DNA of 64,000 nucleotides from Bacteriovoracaceae bacterium (GTDB taxonomy: Bacteria > Bdellovibrionota > Bacteriovoracia > Bacteriovoracales > Bacteriovoracaceae). Shown piece by piece: positions 21,073 to 32,289 of this stretch. The position numbers and the translations under genes were made by a program. The notes under the pieces were generated by a model. It made no database searches. It saw only the letters and a program-made list of their open reading frames with translations, and had not been told where the DNA came from. How positions within the stretch are numbered: the first letter of the stretch is position 1; the number at the start of each line of letters is the position of its first letter. The stretch covers positions 4,949 to 68,948 of the forward strand of contig JAGLPP010000019.1 in NCBI GenBank assembly GCA_023137315.1. The letters are read 5' to 3'.

Positions 21073-22292
21073 TCACATGGTACTTCGTCAAAAAGAAGAT
21101 TTCTTCCCCAGTGATAAGTAACATGATCAATTGTCGGTACATCAAATATTGTGAATCTTGGTTTTAAACCTGGAGTGATTGCACCCTGGTCTTTCATGTT
21201 AAGAGCATGGGCCGCATTCAGTGTGATTGATGCCCAAAGTTCGGAAATATTCATTTTATATTGTGGGGCCGCAATAGAAGCAATTAAAAGAACATTGTCG
21301 CAATGACAACTTCCGGGATTATAATCGGAACCGATAGCCACCTTGCATCCGGCATCGAGAAATTTTCTGGCATTTGCCTGTGGCTTTCCGAGAAAAAAAC
21401 CTGTTCCTGGTAAAAGTGTGGCAACGGTGTTGGATTCTGCAAGGGCCTTGATTCCATCATCACCCGTCATTAAAAGATGATCGGTTGAAAGTGCTCCATA
21501 TTTTGTTGCGAGAATAGCACCTTTATTGTCGGCAAATTCATCAGCATGACTTTTAACAGGAATATTGAATTCTTTTGCTTTTTCAAAAATCAATTCAGTG
21601 TCTTTTTCGTCGAAGTAGTTTCTTTCATGAAAAATATCCACGGCATCTATGATCTTTTTCGGTGCCAGTCGTTCAAGAAGTGGAATAACCACTTCTTCCA
21701 TGAATTCCGACGAGGATTTATATTCTGCCGGGACGGCATGTGCCGCCATAAAGGTATTTTTAATTTGTACCCTGCCCTCAAAATGTTTTTTAAGATCATG
21801 GATAACATGTGATATTTCATGTTCCTTGTCGAAGTTTAATCCGTAGCCGGACTTTACCTCAACCGTTCCAACCCCATATGAATGAATTCTTTTGATTTTT
21901 TCAACACTTTCATTGAAAAGTTCATCTTTTGATTTATCATTGGTTCCATTCATGCTGTTTAAAATACCACCACCGGCGATTGCGATTTGTTCGTAATCGG
22001 CACCGTTTAATCTCATTGAGTATTCTTGTGCACGATCTCCACCGAAAACAACATGTGTATGGCAATCAACCATTTCAGGGATAAGAACCTTTTTTCTGAA
22101 ATATTCAGCTTTTACTTCGCGGTATTCGGTTGGAAAATCACAGTCAGGGCCGACCCAGTGAATTTTTTCATCATCGAAGACAATACTGCCATTTTTTATA
22201 ATGGAAAGATCGGCAGGATCAAGATTTCTTCCATCTTTTTTCCACGCATTTTCCATGGTGACGAGTTGGGAAAAATTTCTCCATGTCTTCAC
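21051..22292 (-). CDS. hutI: imidazolonepropionase
   Basis: 413 aa amidohydrolase with [14 protein letters not shown] and DYNPGS motifs, immediately downstream of hutU. Confidence 0.93.
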   Translation of the reverse strand: MKTWRNFSQLVTMENAWKKDGRNLDPADLSIIKNGSIVFDDEKIHWVGPDCDFPTEYREVKAEYFRKKVLIPEMVDCHTHVVFGGDRAQEYSMRLNGADYEQIAIAGGGILNSMNGTNDKSKDELFNESVEKIKRIHSYGVGTVEVKSGYGLNFDKEHEISHVIHDLKKHFEGRVQIKNTFMAAHAVPAEYKSSSEFMEEVVIPLLERLAPKKIIDAVDIFHERNYFDEKDTELIFEKAKEFNIPVKSHADEFADNKGAILATKYGALSTDHLLMTGDDGIKALAESNTVATLLPGTGFFLGKPQANARKFLDAGCKVAIGSDYNPGSCHCDNVLLIASIAAPQYKMNISELWASITLNAAHALNMKDQGAITPGLKPRFTIFDVPTIDHVTYHWGRNLLFDEVPCDYLSSGR

Positions 22293-22300
22293 AGGCCCTC

Positions 22301-23965
22301 CTAATTATCCAGAGATGGAAATTTAATATTGGTTTTTTTTCTCCAATCCATGGCAATATCGTAACCTGCATCAGCATGTCGGATTATTCCCATTCCTGGA
22401 TCGGAATTAAGAACTCGTTTCAGCCTGTCATCCATGTCGGATGATCCATCAGCACATATAACCATTCCGGCATGTTGGGAATAACCCATCCCCACACCTC
22501 CGCCGTGGTGAAAGCTGGTCCAGCTTGCCCCGTTCATGGTGTTGATCATAAGATTTAAAAGAGGCCAGTCACTAACGGCATCAGTTCCGTCTTTCATTGA
22601 TTCGGTTTCCCTGTTGGGAGATGCGACTGATCCGCAATCCAGATGATCACGACCAATTACTATTGGAGCTTTTACTTTTCCTTCTCTTACAAGTTTGTTG
22701 AATGCCAGTCCCGCTTTTTCCCTTTCCCCATATTTCAGCCAGCAAATTCTTGACGGCAGACCCTGAAAGGCGACCATCTTTTCAGCTTTGTCGAGCCAGT
22801 TTAGTAATTTTCTGTTATCCGGAAAAAGTTCTCTCAGGCAATCATCGGTGACTTTTATATCTTCAGGATCTCCAGAAAGGGCAACCCAGCGAAAGGGCCC
22901 GGAGCCCTGACAAAACATTGGTCTTATGTATGCAGGAGAAAATCCAGGAAAATCAAATGCGTTCTCCACTCCAACCTTCTGTGCACCGGCCCTGATATTG
23001 TTTCCGTAATCAAATACGTGTGAACCTTTTTTCTGGAAGGCAAGCATGGCACGAACATGGTCTCCCATTGTCTGATAACTTAGCTTTGTGTATTTTTCTG
23101 GATCTGTTTTTCTTAGGATGTTGGCCTCTTGAAGAGACATTCCTCTTGGTACATAACCATTAAGTGGATCATGAGCAGATGTTTGATCTGTTGTAAGATC
23201 TGGTACAATGTTTTGGTTTAAGACAAATTCATAAAAATCGGCAGCGTTTCCCTCTACACCAATGGTAACGGCCTTCTTTTCATCTTTTGCCTTGATTGCC
23301 ATCTCAAGTCCTTCTTCAAAGGATTTTGCGAAATAATCAAGATATTTTGTTTTAATTCTTTTTTGTATTCTTTCCGGATCAACATCAGCACCAATAAAAA
23401 CACCCTTGGCCATTTTAACTGCCAGTGGCTGAGCTCCCCCCATACCACCGATACCTGCAGAAAGGACAAGCCTGCCTTCGAGAGTTTGATTTTCACCGTA
23501 GTGTTTTTCGGCAGCGGCCATGAATGTTTCGTAGGTTCCTTGAAGAATTCCTTGTGTTCCAATGTAAATCCATGAACCAGCGGTCATTTGGCCGTACATC
23601 ATTTTGTCTTCTGCTTTTAGTTTATTAAAGTGATCCCAGTTGCTCCAGTGTGGGACAAGATTGGAGTTGGCGATAAGAACTCTTGGTCCGTGCTTGTGAG
23701 ATGGTAAAATTGCAACTGGTTTTCCAGATTGTATAAGAAGTGTTTCATCATCGTTAAGCTCTTTTAACGCCCTGATGATATCATGTAATGCCTTGTGGTT
23801 TCTTGCCGCCTGGCCGTTTCCACCGTAAACAATCAGACTGTCACGGTCTTCCGCCACATCAGGGTGAAGATTATTTAAAAGACATCGAAGTGCTGCCTCT
23901 TGATGCCAGCCCTTGCAGGTAAGTTTGTTTCCAGTTGGTGGAAGTGGGATTTCTCTAGTTGTCAT
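22301..23965 (-). CDS. hutU: urocanate hydratase
   Basis: 554 aa. Very conserved urocanase blocks ([32 protein letters not shown]). Confidence 0.98.
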   Translation of the reverse strand: MTTREIPLPPTGNKLTCKGWHQEAALRCLLNNLHPDVAEDRDSLIVYGGNGQAARNHKALHDIIRALKELNDDETLLIQSGKPVAILPSHKHGPRVLIANSNLVPHWSNWDHFNKLKAEDKMMYGQMTAGSWIYIGTQGILQGTYETFMAAAEKHYGENQTLEGRLVLSAGIGGMGGAQPLAVKMAKGVFIGADVDPERIQKRIKTKYLDYFAKSFEEGLEMAIKAKDEKKAVTIGVEGNAADFYEFVLNQNIVPDLTTDQTSAHDPLNGYVPRGMSLQEANILRKTDPEKYTKLSYQTMGDHVRAMLAFQKKGSHVFDYGNNIRAGAQKVGVENAFDFPGFSPAYIRPMFCQGSGPFRWVALSGDPEDIKVTDDCLRELFPDNRKLLNWLDKAEKMVAFQGLPSRICWLKYGEREKAGLAFNKLVREGKVKAPIVIGRDHLDCGSVASPNRETESMKDGTDAVSDWPLLNLMINTMNGASWTSFHHGGGVGMGYSQHAGMVICADGSSDMDDRLKRVLNSDPGMGIIRHADAGYDIAMDWRKKTNIKFPSLDN

Positions 23966-24036
23966 ATCTGCTCCAATATTTAATTAATTAAACTAAGTGT
24001 AAAATCACCATATCATTATATAGATGAAGGGATTTT

Positions 24037-24699
24037 TCAATGATTCTTCTGGCGTAGGCTGTCTATCATTTGGGGATATTTTTGTTGATTGGCATTAAAA
24101 ATATATGAGCCAGCCACTAGATTATCTGTACCACATTCTATGAGTTTACCTGCGTTTTGGTCGGAAACTCCACCATCTACCTGAATTTGGTAGTGATAAC
24201 CTCTTGTTTTTCTTAGGTTCTCTAGCTCCTTGATCTTGTTGTAGCTTTCTTCGATAAAGGACTGGCCGCCAAAACCGGGTTCAACCGACATTACCAAAAC
24301 CAAATCACTGATTTTCAGAATTTCATCGGTTAGAGATGAAACAGGGGTTTTTGGCTTGATTGAGATCCCCATGCTTGGAAAAAATTGTTTTCCCTTTTTT
24401 AATAGTTCGACTGGTTTAGTGGTCGCCTCAATATGAAAGGTAAAGTTGTGTAAGTGAAAATCCTTGCATGTGTCGATAAAAAATTCAGGGTCACTAACCA
24501 TAAAGTGGGCATCCAAAGGGTGTGAGGTGATTTTATGCATGTTTTTCATTACCGGTTGTCCGAAGGTAAGGTTTGGAACGAAATGAGCATCCATGATGTC
24601 AAGATGGAGCCAGATATTATTGCATGAATCAAATGCCCGAAGTTCAGGTTCAATATTTAAAAAGTCGCACGAGAGAATGCTTGGGGCAATGATTGTCAC
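24037..24699 (-). CDS. rpe: ribulose-phosphate 3-epimerase
   Basis: 220 aa with IAPSILSCDF, HLDIMDAHFVPNLTFG, VMSVEPGFGGQ and QVDGG motifs. Confidence 0.96.
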   Translation of the reverse strand: MTIIAPSILSCDFLNIEPELRAFDSCNNIWLHLDIMDAHFVPNLTFGQPVMKNMHKITSHPLDAHFMVSDPEFFIDTCKDFHLHNFTFHIEATTKPVELLKKGKQFFPSMGISIKPKTPVSSLTDEILKISDLVLVMSVEPGFGGQSFIEESYNKIKELENLRKTRGYHYQIQVDGGVSDQNAGKLIECGTDNLVAGSYIFNANQQKYPQMIDSLRQKNH

Positions 24700-24703
24700 A
24701 AGA

Positions 24704-25666
24704 CTATCCTTTTTTAGGGTTTATGATTATTTGGTTGCATTGATTTCTACTTTTAAAACCATTTATGATTTCACTGTCAGAACAGACCTTCTTTCCCTCA
24801 CATTGGAGTTTGGTCAGGCGAATGATTTTTCCATCGGTACAACCGACAGAGAGAGTGCCCATTTCAAGAGAGACAGTGGCGGGGGTCAATTCTCCTGGTT
24901 CAAGTTCCACTTCTAAAAGTTTAAAGCGTTTATTTCCGATGTAAAACCAACAACCCGGCCATGGAATAAGTGCTCGCACCTTGTTAAGGATTTTTTCCCT
25001 GGTTTCATTTTTAAAATCCAGAAACCCGTCGCATTTTTTCAAAGTAGGTGCAAAACTAACTTTGGATTCATCCTGTTTTATATAAGTGATTTTATTTTCA
25101 GATAGATCGTGAATAAATTTATCCAATGTTATTGTGCATTGATTTTTTAATTTTGGATAAAGCGTTTCAAAAGTTTCATTTTCGATAATATCCACTTCAG
25201 CTTGCATGGCAATGTCTCCGGCATCCATTTTTTTAACCATTCTCTGTATGGTTACTCCGGTTTTTTGATCGCCATTTAGAATAGCACATTGGATTGGGGC
25301 TGCTCCACGATAAGTTGGAAGCAATGAGGTGTGGATATTAAAGCATCCATATTTTGGAAGTTTCAATAGTCTTTCTTTTAGAAACTGGGCAAAGGCCAGA
25401 ACAACTATTAGATCAACACCTTCTTTTACCAGTTTATTTAAAAATTCCTCTTCCTTGTTAATATTTGATGTTTGTAACAGGGAAATTTCATTTGATTTTG
25501 CAAACTCTGCGACGGCCGGGGAATGAAGTTTTTTTCCTCTGCCTGCAGGACGATCCGGCATTGTAACGACATGCTTTAAATCCACCATGGGATGATTGTG
25601 CAACAGCTTTAGTGCCGGGATTGAAAAATCTGGTGTGCCTAGAAAGACTGTTTTTAATTGAGTCAC
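24704..25666 (-). CDS. fmt: methionyl-tRNA formyltransferase
   Basis: 320 aa with VFLGTPDFSIPAL, NIHTSLLPTYRGAAPIQ (SLLP motif), and the conserved def-fmt arrangement. Confidence 0.96.
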   Translation of the reverse strand: MTQLKTVFLGTPDFSIPALKLLHNHPMVDLKHVVTMPDRPAGRGKKLHSPAVAEFAKSNEISLLQTSNINKEEEFLNKLVKEGVDLIVVLAFAQFLKERLLKLPKYGCFNIHTSLLPTYRGAAPIQCAILNGDQKTGVTIQRMVKKMDAGDIAMQAEVDIIENETFETLYPKLKNQCTITLDKFIHDLSENKITYIKQDESKVSFAPTLKKCDGFLDFKNETREKILNKVRALIPWPGCWFYIGNKRFKLLEVELEPGELTPATVSLEMGTLSVGCTDGKIIRLTKLQCEGKKVCSDSEIINGFKSRNQCNQIIINPKKG

Positions 25667-25675
25667 GGTTTCCTC

Positions 25676-26272
25676 TTATTCGTCCCTGTCTCTTTGTCTT
25701 TCTTTTAAAAATTTCTTTTTGATAAATTTTCTTTTTAAAAGACTCAAGCGATCAAGAAAGACAATACCGTTCAAATGATCACATTCATGTTGAATACAGA
25801 CGGCCAAAATCCCATCCGTATCCAGTTGTTGTTGATTGCCGTGAATATCCTGAAATTCCACGGAAATTTCTTCAGCCCTTTTTACTTCCTCGTAGACTCC
25901 AGGAATACTTAGACAACCTTCCTCGTATAAAATTTCGCCTTTTTTACTTTTTATAACAGGATTTATAAAGACCATTGGATTGAATTCGTCTAAATGATAT
26001 TCCTCTGTATTATCCGGTAATGTGACTTTTTCACGTTTGTAGTCTATGTCCAGAACGAAAAATCTTTTATTAACATTAACCTGGGGAGCCGCCAGCCCAA
26101 TACCAGGGGTGCTGTACATGGTAAAAAGCATATTTTTAATGATGCATTTCAGATCATCATCAAATGATTCAACTTTTTGAGTTTTTTTACTCAAGGCAGG
26201 CGAAGGCCAGATTTCAATTTTTAATGACTCACCTTCATGTTTATAATTATTCAAAAAATTATCATAGCACAT
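25676..26272 (-). CDS. def: peptide deformylase
   Basis: The three signature motifs are present: GIGLAAPQ, EGCLSIPG and HECDHLNG. Met at 26272 is preferred, because the raw ORF extension to 26377 overlaps the 3' end of the upstream permease gene and is hydrophobic junk. Confidence 0.93.
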   Translation of the reverse strand: MCYDNFLNNYKHEGESLKIEIWPSPALSKKTQKVESFDDDLKCIIKNMLFTMYSTPGIGLAAPQVNVNKRFFVLDIDYKREKVTLPDNTEEYHLDEFNPMVFINPVIKSKKGEILYEEGCLSIPGVYEEVKRAEEISVEFQDIHGNQQQLDTDGILAVCIQHECDHLNGIVFLDRLSLLKRKFIKKKFLKERQRDRDE

Positions 26273-26304
26273 AGTGTTATTTATAACATAGCTTTGATCA
26301 ATGG

Positions 26305-27417
26305 TTAATGAATTTTTCTGTGTTTGTAAAAATAGAAAGCTAGAAATGAAATAAATGTGAAAGGCATGATAAAGCATGCAATATATGGATTCACCTTTGA
26401 ACTTTTGCCCAACTCATAAGAGTATGAGTAAATTAGCCAGTAGATGATGGTAAATGCCAAAACAAAGAGAATATTTTTTCCAAACGAACTTGTGCGTCTA
26501 TTTGGGTTGAATATGCCTATAGATGCCAGAATACCAAGAATAAAACAGATTATTGCGGAAGAAATCTTGTCTAAAAACATGACCTTATATTCATTTGTGT
26601 TGATTCCAGCTTCAGACAGATTTGAGATATATTGGTGTAATTTGAAGATATTCAGTGTTGTGATATCAGATTCGATTTGCTCAAAATCATCCGGGCCTTC
26701 CTTTAAAGTGTAGTTCATTGATTTAAAGTGGTTCAATTGTGGGAAATGTTTATTATCCAGATACAGATGGGAAACACCGTTTTTAAATTGCCACATCCCA
26801 TTTTTGTAAACTGCTTTTTGTGCCTTGATTTGGTTTATTAACTTGTGATCTTTTCCAAATTTATAAATGGCCAGTTCATTTAGTGTTTTTTCTTCATGGT
26901 TAAATGTGGAAAAGGAGAAAAAATAATTTCCGCTGCGATACCATATTTTCCCACTTCCAATTGTACTCGCCCTGAGTCCACGGCTTTCCAAATTTCTGAA
27001 TTTATAGGCACTCTTTGGTATGAGGAAATTCTTGTTCATTTTAAAGAATGGCTGGACGTAAGCCGAAATGAAAAATTGCAACAGACAAACGAGAAATGAT
27101 GCCTGAAATATGGTAAGAATAAAGTTTTTACGGGAATATCCCAACGCGAAGATGGCCGTTAATTCATTTCTGTTCTGTAATTTATTGATAGAAAAAAGAG
27201 AGGCCATCAAACATGAAAGAGGAAGTATTTTTCCTGAATAGCCGGGAAGCTCAATAATATAATTCATTATTACTTCCATGGCGGAGACATTACTTCGAAG
27301 AAATCCTGAAATAAGATTTGCGATAGTCATCAGCAGCAGCAGTAAGAAAACCGAGGTTAGGAAAAACCTGTACCATTCCCTGAAAATAAGCTTTTTTAAT
27401 ATATGTTTTTCTAACAT
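26305..27417 (-). CDS. LptF/LptG-family (YjgP/YjgQ) LPS export permease
   Basis: 370 aa. It has three TM segments, a periplasmic beta-jellyroll of about 130 aa, and three more TM segments. The N-terminus ILKKLIFREWYRFFLTSVFLLLLLM is typical of this family. I cannot tell lptF from lptG. Confidence 0.8.
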   Translation of the reverse strand: MLEKHILKKLIFREWYRFFLTSVFLLLLLMTIANLISGFLRSNVSAMEVIMNYIIELPGYSGKILPLSCLMASLFSINKLQNRNELTAIFALGYSRKNFILTIFQASFLVCLLQFFISAYVQPFFKMNKNFLIPKSAYKFRNLESRGLRASTIGSGKIWYRSGNYFFSFSTFNHEEKTLNELAIYKFGKDHKLINQIKAQKAVYKNGMWQFKNGVSHLYLDNKHFPQLNHFKSMNYTLKEGPDDFEQIESDITTLNIFKLHQYISNLSEAGINTNEYKVMFLDKISSAIICFILGILASIGIFNPNRRTSSFGKNILFVLAFTIIYWLIYSYSYELGKSSKVNPYIACFIMPFTFISFLAFYFYKHRKIH

Positions 27418-27420
27418 GAA

Positions 27421-28167
27421 TTATATTATAAAATGACGCATAATATTTGCCAACAGATTGAAAATAGGGCGAATAATGCGTCTGGCTATCCGACCAAATA
27501 GGTAATGTTTTGCAAGAAAACGGACTATTGGTGGGGCACTGAAGTAGTAAAAATCAACAAGCTTTTTGCCTGGGAAGCAATAATATATTTTGTCCCTGAA
27601 AGAGCGAAAAATTTCCAAATCAGGGTGTTCGACCTGATAGCACCATGTGGCAATATAACATGATTTTGAATGGATTTTCAGTTTTTGATATGCTTGCTCA
27701 AAGTATTCCAAAGATGAGCTATTGACATTTTTTAGATATTTTCTACATGTGTCACAATTTAAATATTGAAACTTGTATCCTGTGGAAAATATTACAAATT
27801 GGTCAACCATATGCTTGCATTTTTCTACATGTGTTTTATCATCACTTTTTGCATAAATCTTTGCCAGATTCCAAAAAACCTGGCTTAGAAGAAAAATTTC
27901 GTGAACATCATCTTCATTTTTTGTTTTTTCATTTTCATCATCAGTTATTTTCTTGAAAAGTGGTGGTAAAAGATCTTCCTTCTCGCAACGATGATATCGA
28001 GCAAGGATCTCAAAATATTTTTCATATGACAGAATGGCATGACCAAACTCGCCTTTATGTTCAAACATCCATGCCTGTTTAACATAATCAAGACGATTCC
28101 TATAAGCTTGCAATAAAGCCTTTGATCTTTCTTCAACGCCATCTTTGTTTTTTGTTTCATCAATCAC
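27421..28167 (-). CDS. hypothetical protein: helical N-terminal half plus a C-terminal Cys-rich module
   Basis: 248 aa with no signal peptide. The C-terminal block CYIATWCYQVEHPDLEIFRSFRDKIY...GKKLVDFYYFSAPPIVRFL resembles the widespread CFIATAAYG...LR.FRD...YY..SPP module. It is 3 nt from the downstream permease gene. Confidence 0.5.
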   Translation of the reverse strand: MIDETKNKDGVEERSKALLQAYRNRLDYVKQAWMFEHKGEFGHAILSYEKYFEILARYHRCEKEDLLPPLFKKITDDENEKTKNEDDVHEIFLLSQVFWNLAKIYAKSDDKTHVEKCKHMVDQFVIFSTGYKFQYLNCDTCRKYLKNVNSSSLEYFEQAYQKLKIHSKSCYIATWCYQVEHPDLEIFRSFRDKIYYCFPGKKLVDFYYFSAPPIVRFLAKHYLFGRIARRIIRPIFNLLANIMRHFII

Positions 28168-28184
28168 TGATTAGCATCCCTACT

Positions 28185-29102
28185 TTAAAAACGATACGAA
28201 ATGGAGAAAGATGTCTCCGTGAGGTTTTGATTATTTTGGGCCAGTTTTTCATTTTCGATAATGGTTGTATTTTTTAATGCGAATTCAAGCAGTAACTTTG
28301 GGGCAACCCACCCAATTCCCACACCATTACCCTTTTCCATTATGCTCTTGTCGTTGAATATGCCGGCCCTTACAAAAAAATCACCATAAACCTTGATCTG
28401 CAAGGCACCATGATAGGATGTTGTTTGGGATAAATTTTGAGTGTAATCTGCACCAACATCCATCATTAAGGAGATCATTTCCCTGTAAACATACTGTGTT
28501 CCTACAACAGCGCGTGTGTCTTCCTTTTTGGTTTTTAAAGGGTCGATAAATGTCAGACCTATTGAGAAATGTGGACTGATGACGTGTGTAACACCTGCAA
28601 TAATTTGGTTGTATTTGACTTTTTTGTAATCAACCTTGTCTGTACTAATGCGGTCTGTTGTCAAACGTGTTGTAATCCCAAAAGCGGACCTGTCTTTTAT
28701 TTTTGAGGAAGCGGAAATGCCAATTCGTTGTCTTTCGGAAAAATCATCCTTTTGTTGCTGATAGCTTATGGAACCGCTGAGTCTTTGATTGGATTCCGAT
28801 AATATAACGGCCATCTGATCGGAGCTTGCCGGTGGTGTGTGTGGGTTGTCTGATTCGACACTTTTGATTTCCCCATCCGCTTTTTGAAAATAAATCGAAG
28901 CAACATTGAAAAAAGCGATAGGTGCCGGGTTTAAAATGGAAGATTCCTCCATTAATATGGAGCCAACGCCCGTTCCAGCGGTTGATTTTAAACGAGTTGT
29001 TTCAAAGTCACGGATACGGGCCCATGTGATTGAACTCAAAAAGATTGAAAAGGAAATAATTATAATTTTTGAATATTGATTTCGGTTTATTTCCATAGTC
29101 AT
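28185..29102 (-). CDS. outer-membrane beta-barrel protein
   Basis: Signal peptide (KIIIISFSIFLSSITWA), an early TAGTGVGSILMEESSILNPAPIAF motif common in small OMP families, alternating beta-strand pattern, and a C-terminus ...FSISYRF. Confidence 0.65.
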   Translation of the reverse strand: MTMEINRNQYSKIIIISFSIFLSSITWARIRDFETTRLKSTAGTGVGSILMEESSILNPAPIAFFNVASIYFQKADGEIKSVESDNPHTPPASSDQMAVILSESNQRLSGSISYQQQKDDFSERQRIGISASSKIKDRSAFGITTRLTTDRISTDKVDYKKVKYNQIIAGVTHVISPHFSIGLTFIDPLKTKKEDTRAVVGTQYVYREMISLMMDVGADYTQNLSQTTSYHGALQIKVYGDFFVRAGIFNDKSIMEKGNGVGIGWVAPKLLLEFALKNTTIIENEKLAQNNQNLTETSFSISYRF

Positions 29103-29190
29103 ATTCCCGGTGAAAATATTATTATATGGGTATATTATATTGAATAATTATTGAAAGAAAAATGAAAAAGTGCGTTAAAACAGGTGTTTT

Positions 29191-30261
29191 ATGAGAAGAA
29201 TGGTTTTTGCTACATTTCTTATGATTTTGGTTGTTGGAAAGACCTTGGCGGCTTACCCAACCATGGAGGGGCTTTTCCGTAATCTTGATAATCAGGAAAT
29301 TACCGCTGATTGGATTGTTTTGAAGTTAATGTTGAAACAGATTGAAGATAACAGGCCACCAGAAAAATCATTGGTAGCTGAACAGAATGAGAAGGATGGT
29401 GAGCAAGAGCTAGTATTGGATGTTCAGCCAGAGAAAATTCAGCCCGCTAAATATCTGACTTATATTTTTTCATTGCAAAATGAACATCGTATTCAGATGC
29501 TTCAAATCCTGTACGGTTCAAGGACCATGAGTAACAGCTCTATTGAAAGTGTTCACTATATTAGTGATTTGAATCAAAAGATAAATGAGGAAACACAGGA
29601 TGAGAGATCACTATTTTATTCATTGCTTTTTACGCTTGTATTAAACAAATCCGATGGGTTTGTACATTTTTTGAGGAACAATGGAATCGCGTTTGTTTCG
29701 AATAAGGATATGATGAATAAGGATAAGATTAAATTATTGGGAAAATATAAAAAATACCTGCTAGCAGTAAAAGATGATGATCAATTGCGTGCCAGCACAG
29801 AATCACCGATGCAACCGGAAAACGAAGAGCAGAAGATCAATGTCGATGAAATTATGCGCAGTAATATGTACAAAAAAAGTCAGAATGTAACGCTTGTAAA
29901 GGGGGATGGAGAATTTTATTGGAAGATTGAACTGCAAAATTTCATTGGAAGGTTCAGTAACGAGAAAAAATTACTAAGGGATATTTCCTATATGTCGGAT
30001 CAGGGAAAAATTGAGATTATGATAGGTAATTATATACTTTTTAATGGTGTTCACCAGTTACCAAAGGTGATTGTTTTTAAAAATCGGTTTAAAAAATTAT
30101 ATAAAATAAGAATGTTGGAACTAAAACATTTTACACGCAAAAAAACCCTTGGAATAAAACAAGAAGCAATGAGGTATAAGAAAATTCTCAAGGTATTGCA
30201 GAAAAAAAATCCTGGACTTGCCAAAAAACTGGATTTTACCGATCTTTTTTACATACAATAA
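29191..30261 (+). CDS. hypothetical secreted protein
   Basis: 356 aa with signal peptide MRRMVFATFLMILVVGKTLAA and no recognisable motif. It ends 3 nt before priA. Confidence 0.5.
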   Translation: MRRMVFATFLMILVVGKTLAAYPTMEGLFRNLDNQEITADWIVLKLMLKQIEDNRPPEKSLVAEQNEKDGEQELVLDVQPEKIQPAKYLTYIFSLQNEHRIQMLQILYGSRTMSNSSIESVHYISDLNQKINEETQDERSLFYSLLFTLVLNKSDGFVHFLRNNGIAFVSNKDMMNKDKIKLLGKYKKYLLAVKDDDQLRASTESPMQPENEEQKINVDEIMRSNMYKKSQNVTLVKGDGEFYWKIELQNFIGRFSNEKKLLRDISYMSDQGKIEIMIGNYILFNGVHQLPKVIVFKNRFKKLYKIRMLELKHFTRKKTLGIKQEAMRYKKILKVLQKKNPGLAKKLDFTDLFYIQ

Positions 30262-30264
30262 TTT

Positions 30265-32289
30265 ATGGAAAAAACATATTGTCATGTTGCTGTCAATTCT
30301 CCATTTAATAATTCCATTCTGACATATTTGGAAGGTGAATATGCTGGAAAATTATTCAGTGGAATGTTGGTCAAGGTTCCGTTGGGAAAAAGATTGATTA
30401 ATGGATGTGTTCTGGATGTTTCAAAATCAGAACAAGAACTTCAGGAGAATGTTTCAGAGTTTGAAGTCAAGGATGTTGCGGCTATTCTTACCGCTGAAAT
30501 TTCACTGGAAAAACTGGAACTTGAACTTTATCAATGGATTGCCGGATATTACCATTATCCGCTTGGACAATTAATTTTTGATTGTCTTCCAAAGATGATG
30601 GCGCGTCCACGCAAGATGAATCATATTTGCGGAGATGGAAATACCCCAATTCCAGATTTGACACCTGAACAGTTGGAGATAGCAAAAATAATAGGAGCAA
30701 AACTCCATGATGGATTTTCTAAATGGCTGGTTCACGGTGTTACTGGCAGCGGAAAAACGATTATTTATTTGAATTTAATACAGAAAATCCTGAAAGAGGA
30801 AAAATCCATTCTATTTTTGTTGCCGGAGATTAATCTTACTCCCCAGTTTTTAAAAATGTTTTCCATGTATTTAAATATCCCCATTTATACTTACAATAGT
30901 AGTATTACTGCCTCGGAAAAATATGGTTTGTGGAAATTTCTTCAAAATGATGGTGCCCCCAAAATCATTATTGGAGTGAGAAGCTCTATTTATCTTCCAA
31001 TTCGCAAGTTGGGGCTTATTGTTGTTGACGAGGAACACGATCAGTCATTCAAACAGGAAGATCGATGTACATATAATGCACGTGATGTTGCCATAAAGAA
31101 GGCCAGCATGCTGGATATACCCGTGGTAATGGGTTCTGCCACACCATGTCTCGAAACATTTAATTCGCAAAAATATGGACTGGAGCAGAATTATCTCACG
31201 TTAAGAAAAAGAATTGATCAGGTAAAGCTTCCAAAAATTACGTTGGTGGATTTACGTGAACAAATGGAATTGGGTGGTTTTCAAGAGGATATGTGGCCAT
31301 TTACCAAACTGAGTCTGGATAAGTTGGAAGCGGTATTGGAAAAGGGTGAACAAGCGTTGGTTTTTGTTAACAGATTGGGTTATGCAAACTATCTACAATG
31401 TCGTGCATGCGGACATCAATTTCATTGTCCTAATTGTTCACTGAATCTAAAATATTTTCGAAAAAAGAAAATACTAAGTTGTCAGTATTGTGATTATCAA
31501 ATTCCAATACCGCAAATCTGTCCGGCCTGTTCCAATATGAAGCTTTTGAATAAAGGTTATGGAACGGAGAGATTGCATTTGATTTTGCAAAACAGGTTTT
31601 CAGACAAGATAATTAAAAGATTTGATCGTGATGATATAACAACATTTAAAAAATTAAATGAAAGGCTTGACCAGTTTCATGCCGGGGAAATTGATATACT
31701 GGTTGGAACACAGATGTTGTCAAAGGGACATAACTTTAAAAAAGTAAATCTGGTATTGGTTTTTGGAGTTGATTCCCAGTTGAATTTTCCAGATTTTCGT
31801 TCAAACGAAAGGGTTTACCAGCTTTTAACACAGGTAGGTGGCAGATCAGGACGTTTTGGTCAGGATAGTGAAGTCTTGATTCACACGCTTGGTGTTTCAA
31901 ACAGCATTTATCAATATGTAATGGAGCATTCATTTGATGAATTCTACAGCAGTGAATTGGAGCTTCGAAAATTATGTAATTGTCCCCCTTTTTGTAAATT
32001 AATAATGATTTATTTTTCCAGCAAGTCTCAAAATAATGCACTGGAAGCAGGGAACAGTTCGGTTTTTCTTTGCAGGGAACTCTGCAGACTTCATTTTTCA
32101 AATGTTGAAGTACTGGGGCCAAGACCCGCTCTTGTTGAGAAGAAGGTGAATAAATTTACATGGGTTATGATGTTCAGAAGTGACGATATTAATCAGTTGC
32201 ACAATCTGCTTGCCAGCTTCAAGAGGAACGTTAACCTGCCAAGATATACAAGTATTAAGATTGATGTTGATCCATATAATTTACGCTGA
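30265..32289 (+). CDS. priA: primosomal protein N' (replication restart helicase PriA)
   Basis: 674 aa. Walker A GVTGSGKT, DEEH box (VVDEEHD), and the Cys-rich zinc-binding insert (CRACGHQFHCPNCS...CQYCDY...CPACS). Confidence 0.95.
   Translation: MEKTYCHVAVNSPFNNSILTYLEGEYAGKLFSGMLVKVPLGKRLINGCVLDVSKSEQELQENVSEFEVKDVAAILTAEISLEKLELELYQWIAGYYHYPLGQLIFDCLPKMMARPRKMNHICGDGNTPIPDLTPEQLEIAKIIGAKLHDGFSKWLVHGVTGSGKTIIYLNLIQKILKEEKSILFLLPEINLTPQFLKMFSMYLNIPIYTYNSSITASEKYGLWKFLQNDGAPKIIIGVRSSIYLPIRKLGLIVVDEEHDQSFKQEDRCTYNARDVAIKKASMLDIPVVMGSATPCLETFNSQKYGLEQNYLTLRKRIDQVKLPKITLVDLREQMELGGFQEDMWPFTKLSLDKLEAVLEKGEQALVFVNRLGYANYLQCRACGHQFHCPNCSLNLKYFRKKKILSCQYCDYQIPIPQICPACSNMKLLNKGYGTERLHLILQNRFSDKIIKRFDRDDITTFKKLNERLDQFHAGEIDILVGTQMLSKGHNFKKVNLVLVFGVDSQLNFPDFRSNERVYQLLTQVGGRSGRFGQDSEVLIHTLGVSNSIYQYVMEHSFDEFYSSELELRKLCNCPPFCKLIMIYFSSKSQNNALEAGNSSVFLCRELCRLHFSNVEVLGPRPALVEKKVNKFTWVMMFRSDDINQLHNLLASFKRNVNLPRYTSIKIDVDPYNLR

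Noticed and set aside
26273-26377. A 35-codon N-terminal extension of the def ORF that overlaps the upstream permease gene.
   Set aside because: The extension is hydrophobic and unlike any deformylase N-terminus, and it overlaps 73 nt of the lptF/G-family gene. Homology begins shortly after Met at 26272. That start has no obvious Shine-Dalgarno sequence, so it remains somewhat uncertain.
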